From assembly GCA_964486045.1 (NCBI GenBank), contig CAZALK010000011.1, positions 32,001-96,000 on the forward strand: a stretch of DNA of 64,000 nucleotides, read 5' to 3'. Made by a program: the position numbers and the translations under genes. Within the stretch, counting starts at the first letter, position 1, and each line of letters begins with the position of its first letter. The notes beneath the pieces were generated by a model that did no database searches, had not been told where the DNA came from, and saw nothing but the letters and a program-made list of their open reading frames with translations. This DNA is from an uncultured archaeon. GTDB lineage: Archaea > Asgardarchaeota > Lokiarchaeia > Sigyniarchaeales > SOKP01. Shown here one piece after another: positions 52,636 through 61,646 of this stretch.

Positions 52636-52830
52636 TTTTTGGGAAGAAAATATTACTTTTTTTTATTTTCTGGTTCTATATTATTTTTTATGAAGATATT
52701 ACCGGGATATCACTTAATTTCAAAAGAAAAATCATATGTCTTTAGTATATATGTGGATATTTCTCAGCTAATATGAGGTATTCACGATGAATTGAATGAA
52801 TCATATTAAAAACAATAAAAAAATAAGAGA

Positions 52831-53094
52831 ATGTTAAGCTCAAGAATAGAAGATTCAGAAGCCGTTCTTAATCTTACAAATTTATTTTATGAAAAAAAAG
52901 AAAATACTACCATAAAAGAAATACCTGAAATAATACAACAAAAGGCTAAATATGATAATTTTAAACTACTTACCGATATTTCGAGGGTGTTACAAAAATG
53001 CACAAATTTGACAGATAAAGATAGATTAATGTATTGTTCAAGTCAAAGATACTTTATGAAGCTATATTTACGTGAAATTAATAAACGTGAGTAG
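52831..53094 (+). CDS. small hypothetical protein
   Basis: 87-aa ATG ORF with no recognised motif. Confidence 0.4.
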   Translation: MLSSRIEDSEAVLNLTNLFYEKKENTTIKEIPEIIQQKAKYDNFKLLTDISRVLQKCTNLTDKDRLMYCSSQRYFMKLYLREINKRE

Positions 53095-53118
53095 CTTAAC
53101 TATAAATAATATATTTAA

Positions 53119-54834
53119 CTATAAATAATACTTTTTAACTTCAGTTATTACTAGATCAATTAAATCTTTAGTATTTCTTATTCCATAGAAGGTTACTTTA
53201 TCCATTAGGTTTTTAAATTTATCCTTTGGGATTTTAGATGGTCCTATAAAGAATCCTACAATCTTATGCCCTCTTTGTGCTAAATCTATCATTGTTTTCT
53301 TTGACTTAGTCCAGTTATAAATTCCAAAATCAGTGATTATAAAGATAAGAGATTTGCGTTCTGCTTTTCCGCATTGTTGAGTAATTTGTTTTATTGGTAA
53401 AATAGTGCCCCCTCCTTGATATCTTAATAATACATGTTCTGCTATTTTATAATCTGAAGTCCATTGACAAACATCTGCTCTATTTGAGAAATTAATAATG
53501 CTGAATTTTGCCCCTTTACCCGCAGCATAATGAAGAGCAGCAAACGCGGCTACTGTTGCTATATGATATGGTCCTCTCCCTCTTTCAGATCTTGATGTGT
53601 AATTCCATTTCATAGAACCAGAAGAATCCAGAACAATTAGTAGATCAGGTATTTGTTTTTCTACTAAATGACCAGGTCCTTCTTTGAATGCCCATTTTCT
53701 TGTAGTGAGATTAGGAATAATAACGGGACTATTTAATAAAGTTTGAACCACATCCAAATCTTCGATTCTATCTCCTATACGCCACACTTCTGGATAGACT
53801 GGTAACTGGCCGCCAGGTTTTTCTTCAAATATCTTGATTTCTATGAGATTTTTCGCCAATCCTCTATACCAAGTAGCTAAAGCACTTCCATCAGTCAAGA
53901 TCCCCGCTTGGGTAGCAGGTCCTCCAAATTCAGAGTATGGAATATTTTTGGCAAAATCTTCAGCTTTTTGTCTTAATTCATCCTCATTTCCTTCTTTCAA
54001 TTTATCAGAGTTTTTATTCTCTAAGGGATTATCCATTACCTCTAATATATCCCTTGGAACCTCAATAAATGTTCCCCCAGGACCTTTTCTTTTTTCACTT
54101 CCTTTATCAGTTACCCCATTTTTCCCGAGTAAAGCAAAAGTGTCATTTATCAAATTATTTAAATATCTTGCTACAGTACCTACCTTTTTCTCCCATGTAG
54201 ATTCATCTTCAAAATCTTTGAGGATTACTTTTGTAATTTTCTCGGTCAATGAGTCCATTTCCTTTAATGATTCATCTTCTAAAAGATCGACATCCCACAG
54301 TTTTTCATATGCTCGAAATAAAAATTTGGTGAAATTACTCATTGGTCCTTTACCTTTAATGTGTTTATAAGTAGTTTTTACTTCCCATGATATCAGGTTT
54401 GGGTATCTTTTATATAATTTTGTATCAATAATTAAATCTGCAAAGACATTTACAATTATAGGGGCATAATTCCGATTTACATGTTTCATTGCCGCACTAA
54501 GCAATTTAGCGTGGATTAAACCATCATAAGGAATAATTTCGTAATGTGAAACTTCATGCAGTGAGATAATATGAAAGTAGTCGATATATTCTTGATCTTC
54601 TTTAAATAGTGGAGTATTCGCAAGATTCATAGTTATTTGCCATTGATTTTCTGGATCAATGTAAAATCCCTCTAAATGGGTGTAATCAAAAACATAATTA
54701 GGTTCGTTTAAAGGTGGAAAATAAAATTCTTTTAGAGTAAGACTCCACGCATTTTTTGCTAATTCAACGAATTTTTTCTGCTTTGCAGTTAATTCTTTTG
54801 AAGCCTTGCTTTTTCTTCTTTTAGAATATGCCAA
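53119..54834 (-). CDS. VWA-domain protein with N-terminal HExxH metallopeptidase-like domain
   Basis: LHEVSHY..NVFAD..ID; MIDAS DSSGSM, GGGT, ITD. Confidence 0.85.
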   Translation of the reverse strand: MAYSKRRKSKASKELTAKQKKFVELAKNAWSLTLKEFYFPPLNEPNYVFDYTHLEGFYIDPENQWQITMNLANTPLFKEDQEYIDYFHIISLHEVSHYEIIPYDGLIHAKLLSAAMKHVNRNYAPIIVNVFADLIIDTKLYKRYPNLISWEVKTTYKHIKGKGPMSNFTKFLFRAYEKLWDVDLLEDESLKEMDSLTEKITKVILKDFEDESTWEKKVGTVARYLNNLINDTFALLGKNGVTDKGSEKRKGPGGTFIEVPRDILEVMDNPLENKNSDKLKEGNEDELRQKAEDFAKNIPYSEFGGPATQAGILTDGSALATWYRGLAKNLIEIKIFEEKPGGQLPVYPEVWRIGDRIEDLDVVQTLLNSPVIIPNLTTRKWAFKEGPGHLVEKQIPDLLIVLDSSGSMKWNYTSRSERGRGPYHIATVAAFAALHYAAGKGAKFSIINFSNRADVCQWTSDYKIAEHVLLRYQGGGTILPIKQITQQCGKAERKSLIFIITDFGIYNWTKSKKTMIDLAQRGHKIVGFFIGPSKIPKDKFKNLMDKVTFYGIRNTKDLIDLVITEVKKYYL

Positions 54835-54849
54835 TTTCTTCTTATTTTC

Positions 54850-56577
54850 TCACACTTGTTTTTGAATATATTCCAATTTATCCATTATCGACCTTAATTT
54901 TAATGCATCTGCTCCTCCAGAGATTTGAATATTAACTAAGGATTCCTCTTCTACCCCAGTAACATTGATTTCGATTAATAAATCTTCAGTACGGATTTGT
55001 TTAGTCTGCCTTTGGGCAAAAGCATCCTTCAATGGTTGATCTAAATTTAAGAATTCTGCGGCAACTTCTGCCCATATATCCTTCCAATAGGAATATTTGA
55101 TTACATAATCGGTGACAGTTTGCTTATATAATTCAAGATTACACCATTCTATTAAATCTCCTCTGTTCGGGAAATCTATTTTTTCTAAAAGATCATTTCT
55201 TATTTCAGCTAATTTGTTTATATCTCCTTTCTTTGCAGCATCTTTTATTTGTTGAGCAACAGGTGAATACTTTTTATTATTGATTGAATTTACAAATGGG
55301 AGTAAATCATATTTCACTATTAAATCATTTTTCTCAAATTTTTTCAATTCCATTAAATCGTTCTCTTTAGGGGCACCTTCGCGAAACCTTTCAGTAATTT
55401 GATAGCACTTTTCACGATTTTTAAATCGTTTTTGAATCGATTTTAGTATATTCTTAGTAAATTCGTACTTATTGCCAAAATATGGTGGTTTATCTAATTC
55501 TCTTTTTACATAAGCTACTCGATGTGAGATGACATATGGTGCAACAGTATTCACGATGTTTACATCAATGTTGTTGATTCCCAGAAGCCATGCGAGAGCT
55601 TTTGAATATCTCAGTAAGTCTTTTGCCACCCTAACGCTTAATATCGTATCAATTTTATTACAGACATTCTGAGCTGTATTAAAATGACAACCAGAACATA
55701 AACCCGCGCTTGGTTTAACATCATCTGTATTACCCTTATCTATTCTAGAACATAAAGTAAATTCTCTAATTATTGCATGAATAAAATTGTTTACTTTAGG
55801 AGTAAATTGGATTCTGTTAACAAAGTACCATATTTCCATTAACTCATCAATGGTCAAAATTTTTGGAACTTGAATTAGCTCATCAAAACTTGAATATTTG
55901 TCATCTTTCCCAGATAAAATTAACTGTAAGTCGTGACTTGTTGGCATTGAAATTGGAACGGAAATACCAAAACGGTCTAGGAATGGTTGGGATAATTCAA
56001 AAGTTCCCACATCATTTGGGTTTATTGTCGCAAAAAGAGAAAACTTACTAATTGTTATTATGGAGTCATAGTACTTCACAGTGCCCTCAGCAAGCAGGGA
56101 TAATAAAATATCTTGAGCATAAGGAGTCAAACGATTTACTTCATCTATAATTTTCCAGAAATTTGTTACAAATTGTCGCCAAACAACTTCTTCCTCACCG
56201 TCTTTCATCAGTTTGCCTAATTTTAAAGTCCCAATCAACTTTTCTTCGGTTAATTGAGGGTGTCCTCTAATAATTGAATTTTCAATATCAGCAAGTGAGG
56301 TAGCAGTAAACATACGGCCTAAAAATTTAGTTATTGAGGTCTTTCCGCCACCGTGGCCTCCAATCAAGAGCATGGCAGAATTAGGAACGATAGCATTTAA
56401 AACACATAAAGATAGTATTTCTGGTAAACTTTTTGATTGAACTTTTTTACTTTTTTCTCCCAAAAATTTAATACTCAATTCTTTATAATGAACGAAAAGT
56501 TGGTTAGCTTGGATTAAATTGATGATTTTCCAAACCTTTTTTCTCAGAATATCCTCTTCTCCTAAATTTGTCGCCAT
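54850..56577 (-). CDS. MoxR-type AAA+ ATPase
   Basis: GGHGGGKT, IIDEVNRL..QDILL, ATINP, FLDRF, SVR, VISHR. Confidence 0.9.
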   Translation of the reverse strand: MATNLGEEDILRKKVWKIINLIQANQLFVHYKELSIKFLGEKSKKVQSKSLPEILSLCVLNAIVPNSAMLLIGGHGGGKTSITKFLGRMFTATSLADIENSIIRGHPQLTEEKLIGTLKLGKLMKDGEEEVVWRQFVTNFWKIIDEVNRLTPYAQDILLSLLAEGTVKYYDSIITISKFSLFATINPNDVGTFELSQPFLDRFGISVPISMPTSHDLQLILSGKDDKYSSFDELIQVPKILTIDELMEIWYFVNRIQFTPKVNNFIHAIIREFTLCSRIDKGNTDDVKPSAGLCSGCHFNTAQNVCNKIDTILSVRVAKDLLRYSKALAWLLGINNIDVNIVNTVAPYVISHRVAYVKRELDKPPYFGNKYEFTKNILKSIQKRFKNREKCYQITERFREGAPKENDLMELKKFEKNDLIVKYDLLPFVNSINNKKYSPVAQQIKDAAKKGDINKLAEIRNDLLEKIDFPNRGDLIEWCNLELYKQTVTDYVIKYSYWKDIWAEVAAEFLNLDQPLKDAFAQRQTKQIRTEDLLIEINVTGVEEESLVNIQISGGADALKLRSIMDKLEYIQKQV

Positions 56578-56745
56578 GTCAACTATTCTCCTTAGAATTT
56601 CAATATTAAATAAAAAGCTGTTGGATTATTTAATTTTTTTCATTCATAAAATATTAGTAGACTAGTTAAGAGGTATTAACCAATGTGAAAAATTAGTAAG
56701 ATGCTTGACACTCTTTCTATTCTTAATGTTCATGAATGAAATTAT

Positions 56746-57099
56746 TTAATAATACCCTATATGACCTAAATTATTTTTTTTCTCATCTAGCGCATAAACC
56801 ATTCCCATTGATAAAGGTTCTTCGTTTTCATCTTTAGTAGATTTAGCAACTTTTTTCAATGTCTCTAGCTTCAAGATAAAAACTCTATTACATTTCTTAC
56901 ATCTTACATGGATTTCTTTGGTCTTTTTTTTATCATCTTCATATTCTTCCTTCTTAAAAGGCTCCAATAATCCTGGATCTTCATTATCACAGTTTTCCAA
57001 GAAACATTGATCTAATGAAATTTTCTCCATCCCTCGTCGTGCAAGAGAAATGTAAGCATCAGGGGGAATTTCTTTTCTTAAATCTTCACTTCCAGTCAT
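56746..57099 (-). CDS. hypothetical Cys-containing (Zn-finger-like) protein
   Basis: CFLENC...CKKC. Confidence 0.65.
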   Translation of the reverse strand: MTGSEDLRKEIPPDAYISLARRGMEKISLDQCFLENCDNEDPGLLEPFKKEEYEDDKKKTKEIHVRCKKCNRVFILKLETLKKVAKSTKDENEEPLSMGMVYALDEKKNNLGHIGYY

Positions 57100-57246
57100 T
57101 ATTAGTTTATAAAATCGTCTAAATTAATTCTTGTTATTATTTAATATAGAATTAATTAGTACAAATCTTATTAAAGTTAGTTATATGGGTCAGATAGTCT
57201 AAAAAGAATAAGCTTAATTAGCAGTTATAATTATTTAAATTGAGCT

Positions 57247-57552
57247 ATGCCTAAAAAAGAAGAATTTTCAAAAGAAACAATTGATCACATTTCTAAGTTA
57301 GCATTATTAGATTTGTCTGAAGAAGAAAAAGAAAAACTCTCAAAGCAATTAGGAGATATTCTCGATTATTTTAGAAAATTAGATGATCTTGATACTAGTA
57401 ATGTTAAACCTACAACCCATCCGATAGATGGTCTCTCCAATGTTTTCAGAGAAGATATTCCTTGGAAATCTCTTTCAAATGAAGAAGCATTAAAGAACAC
57501 AAAATACAAAAAAGATGGTTATTTTAAAGCACCGAGAATTTTAAAGCAATAG
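57247..57552 (+). CDS. gatC: Asp/Glu-tRNA amidotransferase subunit C
   Basis: HISKLALL.L, IL.YF..L..LDT, NVFRED, GYFKAPRIL. Confidence 0.95.
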   Translation: MPKKEEFSKETIDHISKLALLDLSEEEKEKLSKQLGDILDYFRKLDDLDTSNVKPTTHPIDGLSNVFREDIPWKSLSNEEALKNTKYKKDGYFKAPRILKQ

Positions 57553-58545
57553 TTATTTCTTATATTCTTCGGTTAATTTTCTTATTGCTTCAGCCATATC
57601 TCTCAATGCTTGTCGTCTTTCTATTGGAGTTAGCGTGTTAAAATCATCTCCAATATTTGTGCCAATTGTAGAAGCCATTGCTTGAAATTTTCTTTGGACT
57701 AATCCTAATACGTATCGCTCGTAATATTCTAACGCTTTAGTTAATTTCGGGTTATCCTTAATTTTCTCCCAAAGTTCCAAGGTTTCCAATGATTTTATAC
57801 CAAGATCTATTCTAAACCAACTAATAGGGAAGAGTAATTCTCTTTCTATCCCCATCTCAATAATCATAAGGTTTTCTTCATCAATATACAGCTCTGGGAT
57901 AACATCATCCTTAAACACAAGGTTATCACTCATGATATACATGTTAGCAGCTCCCCTACTTGTACATACTATACCTGTGGCAAATCCCCTAGCCATTCTC
58001 AGAACTTCACCATAATCCTCTAATTTATTACCGTTTAGATGAAGATTTAACCTTTTTTCTCCTTGAAATTCTATTTTAATCTTATGAGTTCCTTTCGCAT
58101 CTGATAAAATCTTTGGGAATAATTCTAGATCTCTTGTTTTCTTATGTGCTTCAAGTAGTTTATTTATTATTTTATAATCTAATTTTAATCCGGGAATAAC
58201 CGTGTTTTGATTGAGAAACGCATCAACTTCAAAATCGAGTAACCCATAGAATAGTTTTTTCTGATTCATTATATCATAAATAGTATCTACAATAGTTTTG
58301 ATTAGAGCCTCTGGATCTTCTCGAATCGAATCAAATTCTTTGGTTTCAAAAGTGTCAATTTGGTCCGTTAGACCCTCTTCCTGATAGAATGCGCCCCAAC
58401 TTAATTCACTGAAAATCAACCTTTCTGAATAAAGATTATGATGGCCATCAATACTAATGATACTTTTAGAGCCCCCTAATTCCACACCTAATTTAGATCC
58501 AGATGCGATTATCGCAGAAGGAGGATTATAAAATTCTATTGGCAA
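57553..58545 (-). CDS. conserved hypothetical protein
   Basis: 330-aa ORF with genome-like codon usage; no recognised family. Confidence 0.75.
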   Translation of the reverse strand: MPIEFYNPPSAIIASGSKLGVELGGSKSIISIDGHHNLYSERLIFSELSWGAFYQEEGLTDQIDTFETKEFDSIREDPEALIKTIVDTIYDIMNQKKLFYGLLDFEVDAFLNQNTVIPGLKLDYKIINKLLEAHKKTRDLELFPKILSDAKGTHKIKIEFQGEKRLNLHLNGNKLEDYGEVLRMARGFATGIVCTSRGAANMYIMSDNLVFKDDVIPELYIDEENLMIIEMGIERELLFPISWFRIDLGIKSLETLELWEKIKDNPKLTKALEYYERYVLGLVQRKFQAMASTIGTNIGDDFNTLTPIERRQALRDMAEAIRKLTEEYKK

Positions 58546-58702
58546 TTTTCAACACTTTTTATTTTAAGTACCCAAATGAATTCAATCAGTTTTTATCACG
58601 TTTTTCTATTGACTATAGAAAGACTTTATATAAAAAATTAGTGGAATCATTAATGAAAAACTAAAAAGAAAGATTTTATTTTAGAGTAGGATTAAATAAA
58701 AG

Positions 58703-58915
58703 CTATGTATCTCTTAATAACGTTATTTCAGCTGAAAACCCGGGGATCATACCTTCATAGTCCACAATTGTTTTTTCCTTTAAATTCTTCAAAATTAATC
58801 TAACTCCTTCAAATTCATCCTGACAAAGGTTTTGTAGTTTTTTATAATTAAGTTGGCCACCATTCTCCTTTAATTTTTTAATAATAAAATTCTCTTCTTG
58901 AGTCAGTTCTGACAT
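58703..58915 (-). CDS. small winged-helix protein
   Basis: LTQEENFIIKKLKENGGQL.Y.KL...LILKNLKEK.IV wHTH pattern. Confidence 0.65.
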   Translation of the reverse strand: MSELTQEENFIIKKLKENGGQLNYKKLQNLCQDEFEGVRLILKNLKEKTIVDYEGMIPGFSAEITLLRDT

Positions 58916-58957
58916 AATGTTATAGTTTCACTTATTATTTATATAATTTTTCAAAAG

Positions 58958-59467
58958 TTATTTTTTTCCAGTACTCCCAAATCCATTCAATCCTCTTTCT
59001 GATCTCGACAAATTATCTGCGTCAATGAATTTATATTCTTCCATTTTCACTAAAATTAATTGACATATTCTTTCTTCTCTTTTCAAGATAATATCTTTAT
59101 TAGAAAGATTAACAACAATTGCCATCCATTCATTTCTATATCCTGAATCAATAGTACCAGGGGAATTAACTATTGATAAACCTTCCCATAAAGCTAATCC
59201 ACTTCTAGGAACAACTTTAAAATAGTATCCTTCTGGTATTGCTGTGGCAAATCCTAAAGAACATCCTACTCTCTCTAATGGTTTTAATATATAAGAGTTT
59301 GATTCGACATCATGTAATTCTCTTTTATTTCCCTCAACAATTATCTTTTTAAATCCTTCAATTCGAGCATCCGCCCCGGCATCACCTGGTTTAGATGGTT
59401 TTGGAATTGTTATATCTTTCCTTATTTTCTTCAATGGTATTAGTAATTTTTTTGCTTTCTTACTCAT
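58958..59467 (-). CDS. dut: trimeric dUTPase
   Basis: AGAD, PRSGLA, NSPGTIDSGYR, RICQL, RG..GFGSTG. Confidence 0.95.
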   Translation of the reverse strand: MSKKAKKLLIPLKKIRKDITIPKPSKPGDAGADARIEGFKKIIVEGNKRELHDVESNSYILKPLERVGCSLGFATAIPEGYYFKVVPRSGLALWEGLSIVNSPGTIDSGYRNEWMAIVVNLSNKDIILKREERICQLILVKMEEYKFIDADNLSRSERGLNGFGSTGKK

Positions 59468-59586
59468 TATTTATCATTCATAAATAGTTTGAATTCATAA
59501 AAATACTTCCTATTAAAGAATAATTAAATTCGAATAGAAAAAAAACTTAAACTATTATTCATTTAAACAAAGTAGTAATTCTTCCG

Positions 59587-60054
59587 TTGGTGAAAATGTT
59601 GATAATTATTGATAGATATGATCCTAGAAGTGACAAAGAGCCCTTGAAAGAAATTTTCCAGAACTTTATCCAACATAAATCATATTTCTTCTCACATTGG
59701 CAAAAATTTGAAGAAGAATTGAACAGGAGAACGTTGGATCTCCAATATAGAAATTCGATGGTTGTAGCTAAAGAAGATAGAAAAATTATAGGCTTTGGCA
59801 CATATACATTATTTAGAGACTATTTAGGGAATGATAGAGTTCTTATACATCAAATCTTAACAAAAAAAGAAGACTCTTTTAGAAAAGGTATTGAAGAAAA
59901 AATTATTCGGGAAATTCAATTATATATTAAAAAGACTTTAAAAATTGATAAAGCCTATTTTATTTGCCCGGATGTGGATGGATCATTAAGATCGGTGTTT
60001 TTGAAAATGGGAATTAATAAATCTAGAAATATTTGGTATGAACATGAGATATAA
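59587..60054 (+). CDS. GNAT-fold hypothetical protein
   Basis: VVAKED.KIIGFG, FRKGIE.KII, F.KMG. Likely ATG 59596. Confidence 0.6.
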   Translation: MVKMLIIIDRYDPRSDKEPLKEIFQNFIQHKSYFFSHWQKFEEELNRRTLDLQYRNSMVVAKEDRKIIGFGTYTLFRDYLGNDRVLIHQILTKKEDSFRKGIEEKIIREIQLYIKKTLKIDKAYFICPDVDGSLRSVFLKMGINKSRNIWYEHEI

Positions 60055-60104
60055 CCTATCTCTACATATTGTCTAATTAATTTAGAAGCGTTTTAATCTC
60101 AAAT

Positions 60105-60848
60105 GTGAAAATTTTGAAAGAAACTATTGAAGAATTAATTAATAAAGCGAAATTTTTAACCGATCAAGAAAAATTTAAGGAAGCTGTTGAAATCCTTGAG
60201 GATTTATTTAAAACTAACCCTACTATTAAAAAAGTCCTTGTAGAAACCCTATTCATCTATGGTGGATATATAAATGATGAATATACCCTTCAATATGCTA
60301 AAGCAAAAGAAATATTTAAAAGAATTGTAGATATTGACCCTAATAATTATAGAGCACACTATAACCTTGGAATTGCTAATTTTAATTTAGAAAATATAGA
60401 ACAAGCAAAATTATGTTATGAAGAAGCGATTAAAATTAAACCAGATTACAAATACTGTTTTTATAATATGGGATTAATTTATGAGGGAGAAGGAAGTTTT
60501 CAAGAAGCTTTAAAATATTATGGGAAAGCATTAGAGATAGACCCTAAATTTTCTTATGCTCTAAATGCAAGAAATCATATCCTGACAGATTTAGAAAGTT
60601 TGAAAAACGGAAGTGAAAATATCAGACAACAGAAAAATCTAGACCAACTGAAATCATTACTTGAAATGTCTAAACGTATTAATATCGAGATGATTCAAAC
60701 CTTATTGAATCTTGAGAAGGAGAAATTGGTGAGGTTACTTATTGATTGGGGTGTGAGATACCAATTTGAGATTGATGGTGATTTTTTAATCATAAATAAA
60801 GATACTTTACCAGACTTAATAAAATCTTTTAATATTTTGGATTTATGA
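60105..60848 (+). CDS. TPR-repeat protein with C-terminal PCI-like winged helix
   Basis: TPRs (AHYNLG, CFYNMG, ALEIDP); C-terminal RINIEMIQTLLNL..LIDW..FEIDGDFL. Confidence 0.75.
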   Translation: MKILKETIEELINKAKFLTDQEKFKEAVEILEDLFKTNPTIKKVLVETLFIYGGYINDEYTLQYAKAKEIFKRIVDIDPNNYRAHYNLGIANFNLENIEQAKLCYEEAIKIKPDYKYCFYNMGLIYEGEGSFQEALKYYGKALEIDPKFSYALNARNHILTDLESLKNGSENIRQQKNLDQLKSLLEMSKRINIEMIQTLLNLEKEKLVRLLIDWGVRYQFEIDGDFLIINKDTLPDLIKSFNILDL

Positions 60849-60893
60849 CATTGCTACTAAGTAGAAGTCCTTTACGCTTTATTAAAAGAATTA

Positions 60894-61022
60894 TTATTTC
60901 GTTAATTTATTATGAATACTATAGCAGATGATGAATACTATAATGAGAATTACACCCCCAATGATATACTGGACAGTTGCGGGGTTACCCAGTAAATCTG
61001 CGAAAAGGTCAGATTGAAACAT
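60894..61022 (-). CDS. small single-TM protein (42 aa)
   Basis: Manual ORF MFQSDLFADLLGNPATVQYIIGGVILIIVFIICYSIHNKLTK. Confidence 0.55.
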   Translation of the reverse strand: MFQSDLFADLLGNPATVQYIIGGVILIIVFIICYSIHNKLTK

Positions 61023-61165
61023 AGAAAAATTTTATTAAAAGTTTTAAAGTCTTAATATTACTAGTCATATTTAAAATTTAACAATTGTTTTCATACGGAA
61101 ATTTCACCGTGAGATAAAAACGAATACACATAAAGAAAAAAAAAATAAATTGTAGTTAATAATTA

Positions 61166-61434
61166 TTATCTTTCCAATTGGAAGTTGACTTGAACTCTCA
61201 CTCTATTCACAAGCTACACGAAAAGTGTCTCTTTATATATGAGCTTGTCAACATCCTCTTTAACTTTAACGTCCGATTCAATTATCTGAATATTTCTAAT
61301 TCCACGTAAAGTTTTTTTAGCTTCTTCATATGCGTTTTTAGTTGAATAAAACATGAGTATTTTTATCCTTTAACCGCATCTGCCCAATTTTTTTCACTAG
61401 TTGATACTAATTGAATTGACTTATAAACTGGCAT
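61166..61434 (-). CDS. dodecin (flavin-binding), interrupted by two BHB introns; join(61434..61370, 61337..61235, 61204..61166)
   Basis: Spliced product MPVYKSIQLVSTSEKNWADAVKNAYEEAKKTLRGIRNIQIIESDVKVKEDVDKLIYRVRVQVNFQLER (68 aa) shows the dodecin pattern YK.I.LV.TS..W..A..A..TLR..YRV...F.L. AGTGA SD upstream. Confidence 0.88.
61205..61234 (-). other. 30-nt BHB intron 2 of dodecin gene
   Basis: GCUC-AUAU-AU^A-AAG..ACAC/GUGU..CUU-GUGA-AU^A-GAGU. Carries an in-frame TAG; removal gives LIYRVRV. Confidence 0.8.
61338..61369 (-). other. 32-nt BHB-type intron 1 of dodecin gene
   Basis: GGUU-AA^A-GGAUAAAA..UUUUAUUC-AACU-AA^A. Carries an in-frame TAA and shifts the frame; removal gives AVKNAY. Confidence 0.8.
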
Positions 61435-61646
61435 TCTAGATCACTTTTTTTTTAATATTTTTGGATGTTAATATGTTTTTTTGTAAGATAATTTGTTATA
61501 GGGTACTATTTAAATATTTCTTAGAAAACTCATAATCCTAAAAATTTATAATGAGAAAATATAATCTCATTGATATTATCTTAAATCTAGAAAAAATCAA
61601 AAAAAAAATTGAAAAGTGAATATAATTGTTATCAATAATTCAATGA

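Noticed and set aside
52752-52786. Hairpin GTGGATAT..CTCA/TGAG..GTATTCAC downstream of the peroxiredoxin-like gene as SECIS or intron
   Set aside because: It has no AUGA/GA core and no BHB geometry, and the upstream gene has CxxC with no in-frame UGA.
53834-54370. 178-aa antisense ORF, and the other short antisense ORFs in the track (e.g. 932-1180, 11112-11417, 18439-18783, 37520-37810)
   Set aside because: These are shadow ORFs opposite well-supported genes, with no motifs.
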